Source of the DNA: Candidatus Peregrinibacteria bacterium
GTDB taxonomy: Bacteria > Patescibacteriota > Gracilibacteria > UBA1369 > LOWO2-01-FULL-3
DNA: 46,968 nucleotides
Reading direction: 5' to 3'
NCBI GenBank assembly: GCA_016186245.1
Contig: JACPLZ010000011.1
Span: 1-46,968 of the forward strand
Shown here: positions 43,030 to 46,968 of the stretch, piece by piece
Layout: each line of letters starts with the position of its first letter
Numbering within the stretch: position 1 is the stretch's first letter
Notes under the pieces: generated by a model
The model's database searches: none
The model's input: only the letters and a program-made list of their open reading frames with translations
Told to the model about the DNA's origin: nothing
Made by a program: the position numbers and the translations under genes

Positions 43030-44492
43030 TCTTTTATGGTTGTTAGAAACGCCTCCGCTTTATTTATTGTTTCCATATACTCCTTTTCAGGCTCCGAATC
43101 ATACAGCAAAGTTGCTCCTACCCTAAAGGTAAAATGGCCATCCTTAATATGCGCCGTCCGTATTATAATTCCCGTATCCATATCGCCCGAAAAAGTAAGA
43201 TAACCGATCGCGCCACCATAATATCCCCGCCGTGATTTTTCATTTTTTTCTATTTGCGTCATTGCGGCGATTTTTGGAGCGCCTGTGAGCGTACCGGCAT
43301 TCATGCAGGCAATAAGCGCATCCAGAGCCGTGAAATTTTTTCGTAATTGACCGCTCAGATGCGCAACCGTGTGCATCACTTTTGAATACTTCTCCACAAA
43401 GCGATAATCGCCGACCCTGATTCCCGGCTCGCAAATCCGCGCAAGATCATTTCTTCCAAGATCGATCAGCATATCGAGTTCGGCCCTTTCTTTTTCACTC
43501 TTAAGAAGATCAAGCATGTTTTCATGATCCTCAATCGGATCATTTCCGCGCCTGGCTGTGCCGGAAATCGGCCTTAAATGAACGGTATTATTTTCACACC
43601 GCACCATCATCTCCGGCGAAGCTCCTATCAATTGTTCATCGCCAAAATCAAAATAAAACAGGTATGGCGAAGGATTTATGTTGCTGTATTTTTTATATAG
43701 TTCAAAGGAATCACCATGGAATTCCCCACTCAAAGTATTGGAATATACGATCTCGTAAAGTTCCCCTTGCTTGGCCAGTTTCCGGGCATTTTCCACAAGT
43801 TTTTTATATTTTTGCTCGCTGAATTCAAACTTATCATCGCTGATTTTAAAATGATTATACCGGTGATCATGCCCGATTTTTTTTGCAATAAAATTGCAGG
43901 CCTTCTCCGCCTCGCTTAACGTCCTCCTGTACGCGGTGATCTCCGCACGATCTTTTAAATGATCAAAGAATATAAAGCTGTCGAACAAAAACAGCCTGAA
44001 ATCATCAACGCCATTTTCCGGAAGGACATCGGGAATATCCTCAAATAGCCTTATGAAATCATATGAAAAAGCCCCGTATAGGCCGATCAACTCTCTTTCA
44101 TTCATTTTAAACCGGCTGAGAAATTGTCTTATTGCTTCGGCTATATTTCTCCGTTTTGTTCGTTCGGTTTCTTTATTTGAGGCTTTCAATTTTTTTATTG
44201 TGCCTTCAATTTTATTCCCATTTTTTTTCACGCTATCGCAAAAATCAAAATGGCCAAACTCATTCAGGAATTTTCTTCCTCTTTCATTCAAAAGCCTGGC
44301 GGAAAAGTGATCATTTTTCCCGCGCAATTCCATAATCGGGTCGATTCCTATCAGGCTCAACCTGCCGTAAATATAAGAGATGTCTTTTGATTCAAACAGA
44401 AACCCAGGCGATGTCCTCACCTCTGAAAAAATACCGGCGGCACCGGTGCAATCAATTTTTTTTGAGAATTTTTCTAAAACCATCTTCTCCAT
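43026..44492 (-). CDS. trpE: Anthranilate synthase component I
   Basis: Motifs SPYLFYFDFGD, GASPE, GTLTGAPK and GGAIGY. The ATG at 44492 (MEKMVLEKF) or 44483 is preferred. The ORF-track start at 44570 lies deep inside the upstream gene. Confidence 0.9.
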   Translation of the reverse strand: MEKMVLEKFSKKIDCTGAAGIFSEVRTSPGFLFESKDISYIYGRLSLIGIDPIMELRGKNDHFSARLLNERGRKFLNEFGHFDFCDSVKKNGNKIEGTIKKLKASNKETERTKRRNIAEAIRQFLSRFKMNERELIGLYGAFSYDFIRLFEDIPDVLPENGVDDFRLFLFDSFIFFDHLKDRAEITAYRRTLSEAEKACNFIAKKIGHDHRYNHFKISDDKFEFSEQKYKKLVENARKLAKQGELYEIVYSNTLSGEFHGDSFELYKKYSNINPSPYLFYFDFGDEQLIGASPEMMVRCENNTVHLRPISGTARRGNDPIEDHENMLDLLKSEKERAELDMLIDLGRNDLARICEPGIRVGDYRFVEKYSKVMHTVAHLSGQLRKNFTALDALIACMNAGTLTGAPKIAAMTQIEKNEKSRRGYYGGAIGYLTFSGDMDTGIIIRTAHIKDGHFTFRVGATLLYDSEPEKEYMETINKAEAFLTTIKE

Positions 44493-44721
44493 ATTTAAGT
44501 TCCCGGGAACCGCGGCTGACTGTGCCCATGCTGACGCCCAGCTTTTTGGCCACATCTCTTTGCGGAACACCGTTATTAAGCAGTTTTACGATCTGCAGCC
44601 TCTTGGAAATTTCTTCCAGCTCTGCCGGCGTAAGGATATTGCTGAGAAATGACATCGCCAGTTTCACATCTTTTATGGATGTAATTGTCTCAGCCAGCTC
44701 GCGAATATATTTGTCGTTCAT
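44452..44721 (-). CDS. YerC/YecD (TrpR-related) family DNA-binding protein
   Basis: LTPAELEEISKRLQIVKLLNNGVPQRDVAKKLGVSMGTVSRGSRELKYGEDGF aligns by eye with the B. subtilis YerC pattern (LS.SQRFEVAKML...TGASTATISRV.RSLNYG.DGY). An alternative ATG at 44751 sits 4 nt downstream of a TGCTATTAT box. Confidence 0.75.
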   Translation of the reverse strand: MNDKYIRELAETITSIKDVKLAMSFLSNILTPAELEEISKRLQIVKLLNNGVPQRDVAKKLGVSMGTVSRGSRELKYGEDGFRKILKKN

Positions 44722-44842
44722 ACGTTCTATCTTAATAGTACATCGATACATTAGTATAATAGCAGGATAAAATCAATAGATTTTTTTGCAATACGGAAAA
44801 ATCACTCTTGCATGAAATGGATTGGAGTCCTACTATGCGGCT

Positions 44843-45052
44843 ATGGATATCTTTAAAAAAATAGTCATCATCGGATTGCTCGTTTTAGTGTTCCTGTTTG
44901 GCACGCTTACGATATTGTCAGCTTGGGGAGTGGTCAGCGATGACCTCGGCGAAAAATCCGGCGCGACCCTTGCCATAATTTTACTGCTGGCTCTTACCAC
45001 CGGTATCTGCGTGCGCGTCATAGTTAACAAAGACTACAAGTCCCAGAGATAA
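44843..45052 (+). CDS. Small two-TM membrane protein (69 aa), hypothetical
   Basis: Two hydrophobic helices (IVIIGLLVLVFLFGTLTILSAW and LAIILLLALTTGICVRVIV). The ORF-track start at 44822 is TTG and the ATG is at 44843. No homology support is available. Confidence 0.4.
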   Translation: MDIFKKIVIIGLLVLVFLFGTLTILSAWGVVSDDLGEKSGATLAIILLLALTTGICVRVIVNKDYKSQR

Positions 45053-45130
45053 GCTACGCTTACGCACGCATAAGCCACGCACGCCAAAACTCATGCTCAA
45101 GACGGCGTTTTTGCGAAGCAAAAATATCCA

Positions 45131-45259
45131 CAGAACTGCTCAAAATTGTTATTTTACAAGGAAGCAAGTCGTTTTTGTTTGAGCCGTACTTATTGGTACG
45201 GCGAAAGCAAAAACCGACGTAGTTGACGCCGTAAAATACAATTTTCAGCGGTTCTACTG
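45131..45259. repeat. Long imperfect palindrome D (~129 bp)
   Basis: The left arm GAACTGCTCAAAATTGTTATTTTAC...GTCGTTTTTGTTTGAGCCGTAC pairs with the right arm GTACGGCGAAAGCAAAAACCGAC...GTAAAATACAATTTTCAGCGGTTC. The apical hairpin is CCGTAC-TTATTG-GTACGG. The ctpA stop codon (45254-45256) lies in the right arm. Confidence 0.8.
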
Positions 45260-46483
45260 TAAATTTTTCAGATACTTTACAGCCGCCTCTTTCTGCGGAT
45301 CTTTCTTCTCCTGAATATCTTTTTCATTTATTTCCACGACAATATCCGGCGTCAGTCCTATCTTGTCTATATCTCTTCCTTCTGGAGTCAGCCATTTGGC
45401 TATAGTAAGCCTTATACTGGAACCGTCGGTAAATGATTCCACCTCCTGCACGGTGCCTTTTCCAAAGCTCATAGCCCCCAAAATTATTCCTCTCTTATGA
45501 TCCTGCACGGCGCCCGCCAAAATTTCCGAAGCCGATGCGCTGCTCTCGTTCACGATCACCACAAGGGGAACATTCAACAATTTGGTATTTCCATTCGTAT
45601 ACATGATTTCATCTTCTTTCCCCCTTTCTCTTAAAGCGACAGCCTTTGTATCTGCCGGCAGCAGGTATGACAAAAGCTCCACGGCGATGTCAAGATATCC
45701 GCCTCCGTTATAACGCAGATCAACTATCAATCCCTTTGGCTCATTCAAAACAAGCTCCGAAATCGCTTTTCCAAATTCCTGATTGGTAGTGTCGTTAAAT
45801 TGATTTACGCTCAGGTAGACAATATCCCCGTCAAGTTTTTCCATGGTAACGCTTTCAATTGTGATGCTGTCGCGCACAATTGTAACTTCAAATGGTATGT
45901 CGAGATTTTCACGGACAACAGTAAGGGTTACAGGAGTGCCTTTTGGTCCTCTGATTTTCATAATCGCATCAATCAGAGTCATTTCCGAAGCAAGATTGTC
46001 GTCAATTTTATAAATAATATCTCCCGCAAGTAAACCCGCTTTCTCCGCCGGACTTTGTCTCAACGGCGAAACAATCACCAGATTCTTGTGTTCAACGGTG
46101 AGCTCCGCTCCGATACCCTCCAGCTTGCCGTCAAGACTGGCGTTAAACTCCTTGCTCTCATCGGGCGTCATAAAAACCGTATATGGATCTTCCAGAGAAT
46201 TGACCATGCCGGCAATGGCTCCATAAACCATTTTTTGAGAATCGATTGCCTCCTCATGCACATATTTGTCTTCAATTTCCTTCCACACAGTCCAGAATAA
46301 TTCCAGATCCACATTTTCTGTCTGATCGCTCAAAACGGGCTCATCATCCACCGCCTTATTTTCATCAAACACATCCAGATAATTTGCCTGCCAACCGAGC
46401 AAAAATGAAAACACAGCCGCCACTATATAGCCGTATATATATTTATTTTTTTCCCGACTTTTTCCAAGACCGCGTTCAATCAT
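45254..46483 (-). CDS. ctpA: Carboxyl-terminal processing protease (peptidase S41) with a PDZ domain
   Basis: PDZ region (SPLRQSPAEKAGLLAGDIIYKIDD). S41 motifs LIVDLRYNGGGYL and SASASEILAGAVQD...FGKGTVQ. An N-terminal TM anchor is present. Confidence 0.9.
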   Translation of the reverse strand: MIERGLGKSREKNKYIYGYIVAAVFSFLLGWQANYLDVFDENKAVDDEPVLSDQTENVDLELFWTVWKEIEDKYVHEEAIDSQKMVYGAIAGMVNSLEDPYTVFMTPDESKEFNASLDGKLEGIGAELTVEHKNLVIVSPLRQSPAEKAGLLAGDIIYKIDDNLASEMTLIDAIMKIRGPKGTPVTLTVVRENLDIPFEVTIVRDSITIESVTMEKLDGDIVYLSVNQFNDTTNQEFGKAISELVLNEPKGLIVDLRYNGGGYLDIAVELLSYLLPADTKAVALRERGKEDEIMYTNGNTKLLNVPLVVIVNESSASASEILAGAVQDHKRGIILGAMSFGKGTVQEVESFTDGSSIRLTIAKWLTPEGRDIDKIGLTPDIVVEINEKDIQEKKDPQKEAAVKYLKNLQ

Positions 46484-46492
46484 CTAAAAAAA

Positions 46493-46968
46493 TTAATTTA
46501 TGAATTCAAGGATGCTTTTTATATTTAAGGCTTTTCCCGTTTGATCGTCAACTTCGACAATAACGGCGGAAAACTCCATTTTACCTTCAGTTTCAGGGTC
46601 ATGGCGTCCGGGAAGCTGTGTCAAAAACTGCTCGACAATCGGCCCCTTTTTCAGTCCAATCATGGAATTCAGCGGGCCGGTCATGCCAACATCGCTGATA
46701 AAAGCCGTGCCGCCATCAAATATTCTGGCATCGTTTGTCTGCACATGGGTATGCGTTCCGACAACTGCGCTCACCCTGCCATCAAGATAAAAAGCCAAAG
46801 CATGCTTCTCTGAAGTGGCTTCTGCATGAAAGTCTACAAAAACAGCCGCCGGTTTTTCATCGGAAATTTCTTTTAGAATTTTATCTGCAATTCTCAACGG
46901 ATCATCAAAATGCCCATGCATAAAAACCCGCCCGATCAGGCTTATCACAGCGACTTTTTTTGTGCCAA
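46493..46968 (-). CDS. ymdB: YmdB-like metallophosphoesterase (TIGR00282 family), N-terminus beyond the window edge
   Basis: VDFHAEATSEKHALAFYLDGRVSAVVGTHTHVQTNDARI...GTAFISDVGMTGP. The reading frame stays open to position 46968. Confidence 0.85.
   Translation of the reverse strand, partial: GTKKVAVISLIGRVFMHGHFDDPLRIADKILKEISDEKPAAVFVDFHAEATSEKHALAFYLDGRVSAVVGTHTHVQTNDARIFDGGTAFISDVGMTGPLNSMIGLKKGPIVEQFLTQLPGRHDPETEGKMEFSAVIVEVDDQTGKALNIKSILEFIN

Noticed and set aside
1-46968. Alternative genetic code (UGA recoding, as in some uncultivated lineages)
   Set aside because: Conserved genes such as comM and the zinc-ribbon gene terminate at TGA at the expected length. No conserved gene is interrupted by in-frame stops under the standard code.

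Overview
This is a 47-kb chromosomal segment read in the standard genetic code: UGA is used as a stop and no in-frame stops interrupt conserved genes. The envelope genes point to a monoderm-type bacterium: four SLH-domain proteins, one LAETG sortase substrate, a DUF881 pair, murI and murA. The lineage cannot be named without a database search. I support about 40 CDS and 2 tRNA-Ser genes. I found no rRNA, CRISPR array, transposase or prophage.

Housekeeping genes: ybeY, a SpoU-type methyltransferase, murI, guaA (long form), lysS, dnaB (split by a 422-aa LAGLIDADG intein), yraN, comM/yifB, a Nudix hydrolase, murA, an MBL-only ComEC-like gene, a CNNM/CorC transporter, argS, a YerC/TrpR-like gene followed by trpE-trpGDC-trpB-trpA, ctpA, and ymdB (partial).

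Most worth a second look:
1. A modular hairpin and tandem-repeat family built on the core GGATGACA (1-131 and 27916-28248). Its stems carry compensatory substitutions.
2. Fourteen TAGACA/TGTCTA hexamers packed in and around the gene for a membrane-anchored HTH/coiled-coil protein (5573-5963).
3. Two paralogous loci for very cysteine-rich proteins with CxxC-x17-CxxC zinc ribbons, one fused and one split.
4. Four long imperfect palindromes (122-240 bp) in intergenic DNA.
5. A B3/4-domain::ArgS fusion.
6. A 643-aa orphan protein with a 59-residue polyacidic tract.
7. A trp operon with a TrpG-D-C triple fusion and no trpF.

All functional calls come from motif recognition by eye. No searches were run.
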